In this document: piece by piece, positions 52,991 to 59,490 of the stretch
Position numbering within the stretch: the stretch's first letter is position 1
Layout of the letters: the number at the start of each line of letters is the position of its first letter
From: Octopus vulgaris
Taxonomy: Eukaryota
Length of the DNA stretch: 64,000 nucleotides
NCBI GenBank assembly: GCA_951406725.2
Contig: OX597838.1
Coordinates: 24,366,001 to 24,430,000, forward strand
Direction of reading: 5' to 3'
Program-made: the position numbers and the translations under genes
The notes under the pieces: model-generated
Told to the model about the DNA's origin: nothing
Seen by the model: only the letters and a program-made list of their open reading frames with translations
Databases searched by the model: none

Positions 52991-53721
52991 TATATATAAT
53001 AATATAATATACACCCATATATATATATATATTTATATATATATATATATTTATATATAAGCTGCTTTCTAACACAAACATATAACAATTACAGCGCCTG
53101 TGGCATGTGTCGTCTGTTTCTTCCATTTTAATCTCACATCTAGGAAGCTTTATCGAAACAATAAATCAACCCAATTTTTTTTCTTTTGCTTCTTTTTTCT
53201 TTAACCTAGTGCTGGAATTACAACCGTGCTTCGTGGTCTGCTACCACAACAGCTCCTTTACAGGATCCAGTTAGCTCAAGACATCATCGGGAGGAACCAC
53301 GTCCGGTTTTGGCCCCTACTCCTCTACCGTTTCTCTATTGAGAACAAAAGGATGAAAGGCAGAAAGAAGGGAAAACCAAAACAAATCTAAAACAAAGCTC
53401 ATGAATTAAATAACGGCAGACATGGAAAAATTTAACGGCCTTATTTTACGATCGGGGTTAACTTATGAAAGCCAAAAATACTAAATAACACTTGATTATT
53501 ATTTTTTTCTTTTTTTAGCTTTGTTTTAGAATTGCTGATGTTATTGTTTTTCTCTGGGAGGTATTATTGTTATTCCTGAATAACATTTTTCTTCAAAGTT
53601 TTAAAGTAAGCGATGGGACTTTACAAAATTATCGTTTGAATAAGATTACTCACTCCTTCGCGGTAGTTACAGGACTAAACCTTTTGCCCTCCACAACTTT
53701 CTTGTTCGATTTTGGCAACAT
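207..53721 (-). CDS. ADGB: Androglobin (calpain-like domain + permuted globin + IQ motif), 30 coding exons in window, 3' end lies beyond the left edge
   Basis: 30 exons joined with GT-AG sites and consistent phases (3551 nt, no stop). Motifs WPEF..SEKW, FEDPEGKIELPPSLK, WRPWEHLYALCK, GCWRKLIVDDTLPF, ELWPMLLTKALLK, LTGWLPEV, YSWKSL, IQTFWRGAYVR and GYTFIAEA..RWRLRLIGS occur in the order I recall for androglobin. Confidence 0.96.
430..836 (+). mobile_element. tRNA-derived CORE-like SINE family A (about 400 bp); near-identical copies at about 6443-6826 +, 19985-20390 -, 22785-23180 +, 42905-43310 -, 46959-47370 +, 56861-57570 +, plus many fragments
   Basis: A box TGGCTGTRTGG, B box GGTTCAGTCCC, CTTGGGCAAGTG core, internal (TA/TG)n, (AAAGAGTA)n tail. 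Confidence 0.9.
1680..1898 (+). mobile_element. SINE family C with AGGAAGGGCATCCAGC domain and (GAT)n tail; copies e.g. about 4720-4930 -, 38035-38225 -, 42415-42720 -, 46120-46335 +
   Basis: Dispersed repeat ending CATGGAAAACGGACGTTAAA(C)GATGATGAT. Confidence 0.8.
2127..2280 (-). CDS. ADGB: ADGB exon 29 (EVFLVSEEIMVVPKLY..VINNDNGAEINKVF..YRKNK)
   Basis: VPK.Y..NND..KVF..KNK motif. Confidence 0.94.
3545..3679 (-). CDS. ADGB: ADGB exon 28 (YLISKNPK..DYQGVYGEQPPETWFVVF)
   Basis: EQPP..WF.VFR motif. Confidence 0.94.
3738..4310 (+). mobile_element. Internally deleted mariner transposon
   Basis: About 25-bp imperfect TIRs, TA TSDs, N-terminal HTH remnant MEDKKVHF.HLMLFFFRKGKSASQA..VY....SERT. 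Confidence 0.85.
4400..4665 (+). mobile_element. RTE-type LINE C-terminal/3' fragment
   Basis: WRSSCKNGIRDF..R and C..LCKSLAGFKCHIR remnants. Confidence 0.5.
5328..5421 (-). CDS. ADGB: ADGB exon 27, globin helices A-B (TPDNIAVCDVLKKFWLQIKPNIEEIGLNVF)
   Basis: Globin A-helix W and B-helix G..VF pattern. Confidence 0.92.
5985..6079 (-). CDS. ADGB: ADGB exon 26, IQ calmodulin-binding motif (AAVKIQTFWRGAYVRK)
   Basis: Canonical IQxxxRGxxxR. Confidence 0.95.
7408..8022 (+). repeat. Three tandem copies of an about 180-bp unit; inverted copy at about 2472-2700
   Basis: Unit starts at 7408, 7591, 7769; reverse complement matches the 2.5-kb region. Confidence 0.92.
8183..8213 (-). CDS. ADGB: ADGB exon 25, 31-nt micro-exon (KTEKYDPFPQ)
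   Basis: Needed to convert phase 1 to phase 2; cag/GTGAG sites. Confidence 0.65.
8594..8970. repeat. 18-bp minisatellite (about 21 copies, ATGCCTTCACATAGCTAT-like)
   Basis: Direct periodicity; produces the spurious VKAHSY ORF. Confidence 0.95.
9672..10050 (-). mobile_element. tRNA-headed SINE family D; copies at about 26690-26985, 35790-35983, 60215-60582 (-)
   Basis: TGGCCCAGTGGTTAGGGCAGCGGACTCGCGGTC..GGTTTCGATTCC head followed by a shared body. Confidence 0.8.
10173..10314 (-). CDS. ADGB: ADGB exon 24, globin helices G-H (NFKESLLRLL..LFAWRAFFFDL..)
   Basis: FA.RA...DL motif. Confidence 0.9.
10961..12005 (-). mobile_element. Deleted Tc1/mariner (maT/DD37D-like) transposon with a nested SINE
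   Basis: TIR CAGTGTGCGTAAGGTATTTGAGG, TA TSDs; remnants EKNFNQDQ..RRNDRWLC..HTKFPATVMVLGV. Confidence 0.85.
12341..12508 (-). CDS. ADGB: ADGB exon 23, globin helices E-F (ESCHFIESASQ..KMRVYLFP..QQYE)
   Basis: ESC.F.E motif; 168 nt, phase 0-0. Confidence 0.92.
13113..13205 (-). ncRNA. Type I hammerhead ribozyme (Penelope-type, palindromic stem III)
   Basis: UAGUGCAG-CUGAAGA-[stem II]-GAA-ACGAUCGU-A-CUGCAUUA: 8-bp stem I, intact core, GUA cleavage triplet. Confidence 0.75.
13582..13696 (-). CDS. ADGB: ADGB exon 22 (RHVLKFMMTSPLGYSIHLSSDSPFIFGDEETIMNQCSK)
   Basis: GRH.L.F...SP.G.SIH..S...F..GDE motif; start of the permuted globin. Confidence 0.95.
13837..13990 (-). CDS. ADGB: ADGB exon 21 (..LQPGQLVVEPYSWKSLVIGQPILMLRTTATRAVTLTLPP)
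   Basis: SWKSL and T.AT.A motifs. Confidence 0.93.
14040..14396. repeat. (CAC/CAT/TAC)n compound microsatellite
   Basis: Direct; source of the poly-His ORF. Confidence 0.95.
16255..16389 (-). CDS. ADGB: ADGB exon 20 (LDGLVNSELVVCYSSLSRW..NSYE)
   Basis: EL.VC.S.L.RW motif; GTGAGT donor. Confidence 0.9.
16390..17202 (-). other. U12-type (minor spliceosome) GT-AG intron 19 of ADGB
   Basis: 5' site GTATCCTT; branch-like TTTTCCTTAAG at 16411-16401, about 12 nt before the AG. Confidence 0.8.
17203..17245 (-). CDS. ADGB: ADGB exon 19 (MTSALLEEKSMQYL), followed by a U12-type intron
   Basis: T11-cag acceptor; donor GTATCCTT; joins exon 20 to give QYLFLDGL. Confidence 0.85.
18296..18359 (-). CDS. 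ADGB: ADGB exon 18 (SLSYYHKPMLYQNNIKASDIR)
   Basis: HKP..Y motif; phase 2-0. Confidence 0.88.
19540..19913 (+). mobile_element. HINE/DINE-1-like non-autonomous Helentron
   Basis: Subterminal IR ACCTCCGCC/GGYGGAGGT, (GTTT)n, 3' hairpin GCGCTCTCTGAGTGC, T-rich ends. Confidence 0.7.
20592..20748 (-). CDS. ADGB: ADGB exon 17 (..GFKKTWVDFELFCKSF)
   Basis: Calpain-like W.DFE.FC..F motif. Confidence 0.92.
23367..23520 (-). CDS. ADGB: ADGB exon 16 (GKVKQPGTNNSDK..NGNIHPLL)
   Basis: Open frame, phase 0-1 bridges exons 15 and 17. Confidence 0.75.
23727..24232. mobile_element. Two head-to-head copies of a tRNA-headed SINE with a degenerate hammerhead (Penelope-like) tail
   Basis: A box TGGCATAGTGGTTAAG, B-box-like GAGTTCAATTCC, (AAT)n, then ACAC-CTGATGA-AGGCTG..CARCC/TAGCC-(G/T)AAAC; about 23727-23990 (-) and 23997-24232 (+). 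Confidence 0.6.
24268..24813 (-). mobile_element. Non-autonomous Helitron
   Basis: A|TC 5' end, GC-rich hairpin CCTGGGCAACGCCGGG, then CTAG|T 3' end. Confidence 0.8.
24832..25050. mobile_element. Mariner-type MITE (related copies at about 7040-7228 and 61978-62190)
   Basis: TIR GGGGTTGCYGAAAAGTTCCTGGCTTTA with TA flanks. Confidence 0.7.
25990..26670 (+). mobile_element. Mariner transposase 3' fragment split by a SINE (about 26146-26500)
   Basis: PDL..YDFWLFPKLK and FQKCFQQWQEHWQKCVDSQGKYFE remnants. Confidence 0.7.
27036..27213 (-). CDS. ADGB: ADGB exon 15 (acidic linker TKTRQ..DTNETE)
   Basis: Phase 2-0, GTAAG donor; acceptor choice slightly uncertain. Confidence 0.75.
28248..28338 (-). 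CDS. ADGB: ADGB exon 14 (TEESTQIRCLELATAFLYYKINPVSIPTI)
   Basis: LE....FL.Y...P..IPT motif; phase 1-2. Confidence 0.88.
28553..28782. repeat. (AAT)n microsatellite
   Basis: Direct. Confidence 0.95.
28783..28922 (+). mobile_element. RLE-type (R4/Dong-like) LINE C-terminal fragment
   Basis: VPIIVVSLGTVSEGIKGNIKEIGIECPGELLQKVCLLG, abutting a long (TAA)n. Confidence 0.55.
29066..29243 (-). CDS. ADGB: ADGB exon 13 (ATASEKLRQIGLSYFHPHPVWISQSR..WQLIRPRKKK..DEPQ)
   Basis: Conserved EKLR..GLS..HPV..W.LIR motif. Confidence 0.94.
30154..30266 (-). CDS. ADGB: ADGB exon 12 (ERFNQ..LMIFATHWTPPAPLKASSFAEM)
   Basis: ccag/GTAAG sites; phase 1-0. Confidence 0.88.
31491..31565 (-). CDS. ADGB: ADGB exon 11 (RDKDKDKDKEKGKDKRDAVERELS)
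   Basis: Phase 1-1 fits both neighbours; K/D-rich linker. Confidence 0.75.
33138..33240 (-). CDS. ADGB: ADGB exon 10 (charged linker KESTPKTEK..TSRR)
   Basis: Open frame, phase 0-1, splice sites; low sequence conservation. Confidence 0.75.
34085..34259. repeat. Near-perfect 175-bp palindrome/hairpin
   Basis: About 80-bp arms with few mismatches. Confidence 0.92.
35155..35305 (-). CDS. ADGB: ADGB exon 9 (HKNTEKTWQLLTKVLPEWK..QPSKS)
   Basis: W.LL...LPE motif; cag/GTGAG sites. Confidence 0.9.
36815..37402 (-). repeat. Three-unit tandem array of the SINE B body
   Basis: Same GAAATA..TATTTC junction as the 44.5-kb array. Confidence 0.85.
37617..37828. mobile_element. Second piggyBac-like MITE family (related pieces at about 1-140 and 59750-60172)
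   Basis: TTAA-CCCTTTAGCATTT..AAATGTTAAAGGG-TTAA. Confidence 0.7.
37894..37983 (-). CDS. ADGB: ADGB exon 8 (YTLNCGSNEIGEFNVLHTLTGWLPEVVQI)
   Basis: LTGWLPE motif, phase 2-2. Confidence 0.94.
38492..38628 (-). CDS. ADGB: ADGB exon 7 (GCWRKLIVDDTLPF..ELWPMLLTKALLKVASL)
   Basis: Calpain-like VDD.LP and ELW..LL.KA motifs. Confidence 0.96.
39632..39862. repeat. Polypurine GGA/G-run tract
   Basis: Direct. Confidence 0.9.
40002..40223 (-). CDS. ADGB: ADGB exon 6 (VMRNIIGQIIALW..WRPWEHLYALCKSGKG..GKYIVRLYFM)
   Basis: Calpain-like GKY.VRLY motif; 222 nt. Confidence 0.95.
40254..41022. repeat. Complex (TG/CA)-based satellite with higher-order blocks
   Basis: Recurring GTGTACGCACATGTGGGTGCATG and TGTTGTTG blocks. 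Confidence 0.9.
41301..41531 (+). mobile_element. SINE family B (about 230 bp, GCCTTTCATCCTTTCGGGGTCGAT central domain); many copies, e.g. 11308-11537 -, 29776-30008 +, 38940-39172 +
   Basis: Repeated head GGCGAGCTGGCAGAA, B-box-like GAGTTCAAATTC, shared tail TAAAGAAATA. Confidence 0.85.
41889..42170 (+). mobile_element. RTE-type LINE reverse transcriptase fragment
   Basis: VLQAVTEGFK..YAD.L..WKQNLESKGL..N..KTKVL and Cys-rich GRNSIWCTQC remnants. Confidence 0.65.
42222..42299 (-). CDS. ADGB: ADGB exon 5 (IPVIVENNSLNTFDLVTNNEHLHESE)
   Basis: FDL..NEHL..SE motif; gtag/GTAATC sites. Confidence 0.9.
43489..43709. mobile_element. piggyBac-like MITE (related tandem copies at about 32640-33092)
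   Basis: TTAA TSDs, TIR CCCTTTCGTTACCA / TGGTAATGAAAGGG. Confidence 0.8.
43758..43853 (-). CDS. ADGB: ADGB exon 4 (TQYFEDPEGKIELPPSLKVDHWKRPHEILIDK)
   Basis: Strong androglobin motif; tag/GTAAG sites; 96 nt. Confidence 0.95.
44160..44207 (-). CDS. ADGB: ADGB exon 3 (ECLGKGKDASKTKSPV)
   Basis: tttcag acceptor, GTGAG donor, 48 nt, phase 0-0. Confidence 0.85.
44552..45470 (+). repeat. Tandem array of five 184-bp units derived from the SINE B body
   Basis: Unit starts at 44552, 44736, 44920, 45104, 45288; single SINE head at about 44507. Confidence 0.95.
46762..46810 (-). ncRNA. Hammerhead-like motif with G3:C8 core swap
   Basis: UUGUCA-GUGAACA-G-GUCAC..GCGAC-GAA-AAUAUU-U-UGACAA. Confidence 0.5.
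47412..47502 (-). CDS. ADGB: ADGB exon 2 (SATTP..LIWPEFTDVDSEKW)
   Basis: ccag acceptor, GTAAG donor, conserved WPE..SEKW motif. Confidence 0.9.
47830..48310. repeat. Degenerate about 35-45-bp minisatellite
   Basis: Recurring TTACATTAAAAGCAGGGTACCTCAGATATCAATCTAG. Confidence 0.8.
48667..48975 (+). mobile_element. Mariner transposase fragment
   Basis: AAKYVPRLLT..VITGDKSWCYG and C-terminal CFEQWK..CITSNGEYFE. Confidence 0.8.
49511..50224 (+). mobile_element. Possible Helitron-derived element
   Basis: A|TC start with a TGTC/TGTT-rich 5' part; hairpin CTGCC-TGAA-GGGCAG before CTAG, but no T after CTAG. Confidence 0.4.
50368..50776. repeat. Imperfect foldback with about 200-bp arms
   Basis: GGGCGGAC..TTCGAGTATGGAGATTCTGATTCTGCA mirrored around about 50570. 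Confidence 0.8.
51182..51680 (-). mobile_element. CR1/L2-type LINE 3' end (related ends at about 48990-49305 +, 21765-21915 -, 46590-46730 -)
   Basis: YSERLTSLG..LRRL..TRGH..FF..RV.EAWNRLP plus (TTA)n tail. Confidence 0.85.
52483..52864. repeat. Imperfect foldback with about 170-bp arms
   Basis: GTCAGAATTTTGGAAACAAAATCTTTTTATTTCTTCATT mirrored around about 52665. Confidence 0.85.
53654..53721 (-). CDS. ADGB: ADGB exon 1 (MLPKSNKKVVEGKRFSPVTTAK)
   Basis: ATG at 53721, donor GTGAGT, phase 2 fits exon 2; X-box upstream. Confidence 0.75.
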
Positions 53722-53887
53722 TTTTCTTTAAAATAAAAATCTATCCGCTTTTACTCTCTGTCTCTGTTTTTCTCTTTCCCTCTCACTCTATTTGTTTTTC
53801 TCTTTTTTTGTCATTTTCTGCATTTTCTTTTCTCTGTTTCGCTCACTCTCTTACGTTGTTATCGTCTTGCACGTTTATGGCATCGGC

Positions 53888-53901
53888 GTTACCTTAGTAA
53901 C
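53888..53901. promoter_or_regulatory. RFX X-box in the ADGB promoter
   Basis: GTTACCTTAGTAAC fits GTNRCC(N0-3)RGYAAC, 167 nt upstream of the ATG. Confidence 0.75.
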
Positions 53902-54891
53902 AGATACGGTGTCGAGTAACGTGTAGAGCCCACGTAAAAATAATCCGGATCGAAGTAGGTGATAGTGGAGGGGCTTATTCTTGTTCTAATTAAAGCGATT
54001 CAAACTGTTTGACTGCGTTCAAGATCCTAACCGCTGTCATTACGAACAGACACACATTTACCAAAGAAAACTATATGTTATTCAAAACATGTATTGTAGG
54101 ACGTATGACATGCCAAGCATGAAACTAATAGCCTTAGGGTACCAACAAGAACAACCGTATTAGATGCGCAGAGCATTTTATTCATAATCCAGTTCAAATC
54201 CATGATGTCGCTATCACCATTGGAATTGGTATGAACGTTTTTGAGCAATCTTTATCAGTTGTAATTGTTTCAAATTTTAATTCGTTCATTTTTCGTCTAT
54301 GAAACCGCACCTACATTCGTTGTCCCCGAAGCCCACATAGTAATCTTTCTTTCTGTTACTTCTCTCTTCTCTGTTGTGCGATGCTCTTCTTAGCATCGGC
54401 CACGTTACAGTGTTGACTGGGTACATTGTATCAAGCCAGAGGTTCAATGCAGCACGACTTAAAACAGTCCTCAATCAGTTTTCTTTAATTAGGATTACGT
54501 CTCCTAGAGTAATTTCCTATTTTTTCTTTTCTCTCTTTTTCTTTTTAATTTTTTCAATTGTGTTCTCTGTTTTGTCCAATTTTCTATATTTATTTTGTAA
54601 AACGGTAAAAGGCAAGACTTCCGCCCCCCACAAAAAACCCCACCCTTTTTAAAAACTTTTTTTTTATATACCACCCCCGCCCCCATCGGCTACGGGGAAT
54701 ACGAATCCACAAAAAAATTGGCAAAAATCGACATTTCTAAATTACCACCCCCACCACCCCCATTTCCTTCATTTAAAACTTTTTTCAGAATTTTTTTTTT
54801 TCTCAGAATATGCGGAAAATACGGAGATTATGATTCTGAAAAAGAGAAGACGACACAACTGTAAAATGTTAAGAGAAAGGTTTTATTTAGA

Positions 54892-55688
54892 TGTTAGCAG
54901 AGTGTATATCTGTGTGTGCGACTTAAGTACATATATAATAAGAACAATAATAATAGACAGGCCGTCATGCATGCAATAATGTGTATGTGTGCTAGCAGAG
55001 TGTGTCTGTGTGTGCATCATAAGTACATATATGATGAAAACAATAATAATAGACAGGCTGTCATGCATACAATAATGTGTATGTGTGTACAAACAAGGGT
55101 GTATGCGTGTGAGATAAAACACAGAGCATGGGAAGAGTCTACAATAGGATGCTAGATGAATGTTCAGACACAGGATGAAGGTACACAATGGTTGACGCTC
55201 TGTGCAAGAAGTTGAGGCGAAAATTGCAGAGCCGGTCGAAAGCACATGTCGTTACTTGATACAGAAGGTTCTCACAGGTTGAGTTTACTGTTAACCATGG
55301 TGAAGTATTCACAAACAGAGAGAAGTTAAACCTAGGCGAAGTTGCTGTTGGCGTCGTTATGATGAAGGCGGCGGTGGTGGAGGCGACAGAGATAGAGGTC
55401 CGGAAATGCTGCTAGTGTTGTCTGTTGCTGGAACTGGCTGTGCTCTGTGGTCAGTGGTCTAGAACCAAAGACAAAATACGGTTTGGTGATCTAGCTTTTA
55501 TAGTTACAAGGAGGCTCCAACAGAGAATTTAGAAGACTGTGTCATGGGGCCTTATCAGAAGGCTGCAATTGGTTGGATCGCACATTGGTGCACAATAGAA
55601 CAAGAGACAAATTGCACCAATACCAACCAATCAGACTAGTAGACACAACATGGCCCAAGTCTCCGAAGGTTAGCTGTTATCTGCTACG
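54892..55688 (-). mobile_element. Solo-LTR-like element
   Basis: Short terminal IR (TGTTAGCAGA / TCTGCTACG), minus-strand CCAAT boxes and TATAAAAG at 55502-55495; no TSD seen. Confidence 0.4.
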
Positions 55689-55934
55689 TCCGTATTTATG
55701 TTATATAACGGAGAGAGAGAGAGAAAATTTCACTGTGGTACCGGAAAAGAGGGTATTTACAGTATATATAAAAAAATATAAGGAGTGGTTGTGATAAGAA
55801 ACTTGCTTCCCAGCCACATGGTTCCAGGTTCAGTCCCACTACATGACACCTTAGGCAAGTGTCATCTACTATAGCCTCGGGCCAGCTAAAGCCTTGTGAA
55901 TGGGTTTGGTAGATGGAAACTAAAAGAACACTGT

Positions 55935-55979
<45 letters not shown>

Positions 55980-56640
55980 GTGTGTGTGTGTATCTTTGTG
56001 TCTGTGTTTGTTCCCTGACCATTGTTTGACAATTGATGTAGGTGTGTAACTTAGCAAAAGAGACCGATAGAATAAGTACTAGGCTTAAATCTACCCAGGG
56101 CAGATTTGTTTGACTAAAACCCTTCAAGGCGGTGCCCGAGCATGACCACACTCAAATGACTGAAACAAATGAAAGATTTTAAAAATGTGTGTGTGTGTGT
56201 GCTTGTTCTTCACCACTGCTTGACAACTGGCGTTGGTGTGTTTACACCCCCATAACTTAGCAGTTTGGTAAAAAAAAAAAAAAGAAGAATAGAATGAGTA
56301 CTGGGTTTCATTCATTCAATTAAAATTCTTTAAGGCAATGCCCCAGTATGGCCACAGTCTAATGGTCGAAGCAATTGAAGTCAAAGGTAAAATATCTATG
56401 AACCTGGTGGCAATTGTTGGCAACTCTCAACATAAAAGGGGAGATAATTCAAAGCCCACTGTATTTCACAGACAGGGAAGAGAATAGAAAGAAAGAGAGA
56501 GAGAGAGAAAAGGTAAAGTTTAACAACAAAATTATGACATCACAATATTGTGATGTTGTAAATATCTTGTTTGGTTTCTATGTTGCTATTTTTACCATTC
56601 CTTAGCTTCTGAATTGGCCGTGAAGAAGAACTGTAAGATA

Positions 56641-58875
56641 ATGGACAGCTTCAGAAATATTCCGCCACTGCCCTTCTCGTTAAATCTACTCAAATTTACA
56701 TTTTATTTGATCTGGTACTTCATAGTTTTTATAGATATATTTTATTATTTAATGTGCGGGTGAGTTTATTTATTTCATTTTATTTTATTTTATTTTATTT
56801 TATTTTATTTTCAAATGAGAAATGAAAGCAGCACTAGTGTAACAAACATTATCGACATTATAGGCGTAGGAGTGGCTGTGTGGTATAGATTACTTTCTTG
56901 GTACCCCGACTTGCGGATGCAGGGATGCCTGCAGGTTGTAAGAGAATTAATCGGGGACTTGAGGTAAGAGGTTCATCGCCTCAATAGATGTCTTGTTTTA
57001 AATTGTAATGGACTTCTTAGTCCAAAAAATTGTAAGATATTGTAAATTGTAAGATGGTTGTTACCTCAAGATGTGTCTTTCTAAAAGAACAATGTTACAG
57101 AGAAGCAGAGGGTCGGCGGGCGCTTTCTGTCTTCTCCCATCCTTATCATCCTGTATTATTATCATTCGCTTCATCAATGTCTTGTCCAGCCCGCAAAACT
57201 ACCCATCTTTGTACTGCCTCTATGAGAAATTTGATAAAATAAAGTAGCTTGCTTACGAACCACGTGGTTCTGGGTTCAGTCCCACTGCGTGCCACCATGG
57301 GCAAGTGTCTTCAACTATAGCTTCAAGCCGACCAAAGCCTTGTGAGTGGATTTGGTAGACGGAAACTGAAAGAAGCCTGTTGTATATATGTATATATATA
57401 TATATGTACGTGTGTGTATATGTTTGTGTGTCTGTGTTTGTCCCCCGCCCCCCAACATCACTTAACAACTGATGCTGGTGTGTTTACGTCCCCGTAACTT
57501 AGCGGTTCAGCAAAAGAGACTAATAGAATAATTACTAGGCTTACAAAGAATAAGTCCTGGGGTTGATTTGCTCCACTTGCCTTTCATCCTTTTAGATTCA
57601 ATAAAATAAGTACCAGTGAAATTCTGGGGTCGATGTAATCAACTAGTCTCCTTCCCCAAAACTTCAGGCCTTGTGCCTATTGTTGAGACCCCCTTTGGTC
57701 ACAAATGACCATGGGATTGCACCTAGAAAGTTACCCTCCCAGGCACAAGTCGGGCAAAGTTGTTTATGGAAGACCAGCAGTTGGCCATGCATACCAGCCT
57801 CCCCTCTCCACACCACCAGTGTTATCCAAGGGAAAGGCAAAGGGGCCAATACAGCTTGGTACCTGTGATGTCACAACTCATTTCTACAGCTGAGTGAACT
57901 GGAGTAACCTCACGATCTTAAGTTCATAAACTTACAACCTCACAACCTTAAGCTCAACGCTCTAACCACTAAGCCATGCGCCTTCACCCTTGTGCCTATA
58001 ATAGGATTATTATTATTATAATTATTATTATTAAGGTTGTGAGCTGGCAGAATTGTTAGCACACTGGGCGAAATGCCTGGTGGCATTTTGTTCGTCTTTA
58101 CATTCTGAGTTCAAATTCCATGGAGGTCGACTTCGCCTTTCTTCCTTTTGGGGTTGATAAAATAAGTACCAGTTGACTACTGGGGGCGATGTAATCGACT
58201 AGTCCTCCTCCTCTGAGCTTGCTGGCCTCATGCAAAATTTGAAACTGATATATTTGTGGATCATGTGTTTGTGTGTGTGTGTGTGCATGTGTATATATGT
58301 GTTTGTGTGTGTGTGTGTGTGCATGTGTATATATGTGTTTGTGTGTGTGTGTGTATATGTTACTGTGTGCCTTTGTATATTTGCTCGCCACCACTATTTG
58401 ACAACCGGTGTTGGTTTGTTTATGTCCCTGTATCTTAGCAGTTTGGCAAAAGAGGCCGATAGACTAAGCACCACACTTTAAAAAATTACATATCGGGGTC
58501 AATGTATTTGACCAAACCCTTCAAGTCATTGCCCCAGCTTGGCCACAATCCAATGGCTGAAACAAGTAAAAGATAAAAGATTTATTCTAATTCCTTCTCC
58601 CTTTCTCTGTCACTTACGGATTTTTTTTTCTATTCCTTTTTTTCTTCTCTTCCAGTTGCCACAATTGTAGTGAAGTAATACCGGAAAATGTTCTGGCTGA
58701 CGAAATATTGACAACAACATCAATGTGGGACAATTTCCTGATCTTATCAACGGTAGTTAAGGGAAATTATTGCTGTGAGCACTGCCACTCTCTCTACAGA
58801 GTCCGAATCTGGAGGAATTTACCCGTTATTGGAAACTGGATTTGTGACATTACTTTAGCTTTCCATTTACTATAA
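56641..58875 (+). CDS. Candidate small two-exon ORF (56641-56759 + 58656-58875; 112 aa, hydrophobic segment and two CxxC)
   Basis: GTGAGT donor and strong pyrimidine-tract acceptor are phase-compatible; AATAAA at 58886; no homology recognised. Confidence 0.3.
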
Positions 58876-59336
58876 GCTGTACAATAATAAACAGGATTAT
58901 CTCATCATTGCTAAAGGTCTCATGCTGTCAGTTGGTCACATTCATCAGAGACACCGAAATAAATTTGATTGTATTTCAGACTGACTCACATGTTTGGCCG
59001 ATCGACACGACATGCATGAAACCTTTAGGGATGAGGAAATATTCTGTTTAGCAACACACAATCGAAACAGACTGTACACACTTCTAACATAGACATGTAA
59101 TGATGAACAGCTTGCAATTTTTCACAAAACACAAAACTAGTACCATTTAAATCGACATATATAATGTGTGTATATACAGGACAAATATGTGCACACAAGA
59201 AGGTGAAAGGAGAGATCTTAACACAGAATTCAGAGCATATATTATATTGTAGGAAGCTGAAACCAACAAAAATTGTAACTCCAAGTTACTAGTTTCCAAT
59301 CTCTGGAAGATAATAACTGATAGAACACACAAAACA

Positions 59337-59490
<154 letters not shown>

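Noticed and set aside
53210-53341. Plus-strand exon-like segment in intron 1
   Set aside because: Good pyrimidine tract but no partner exon, donor or recognisable peptide
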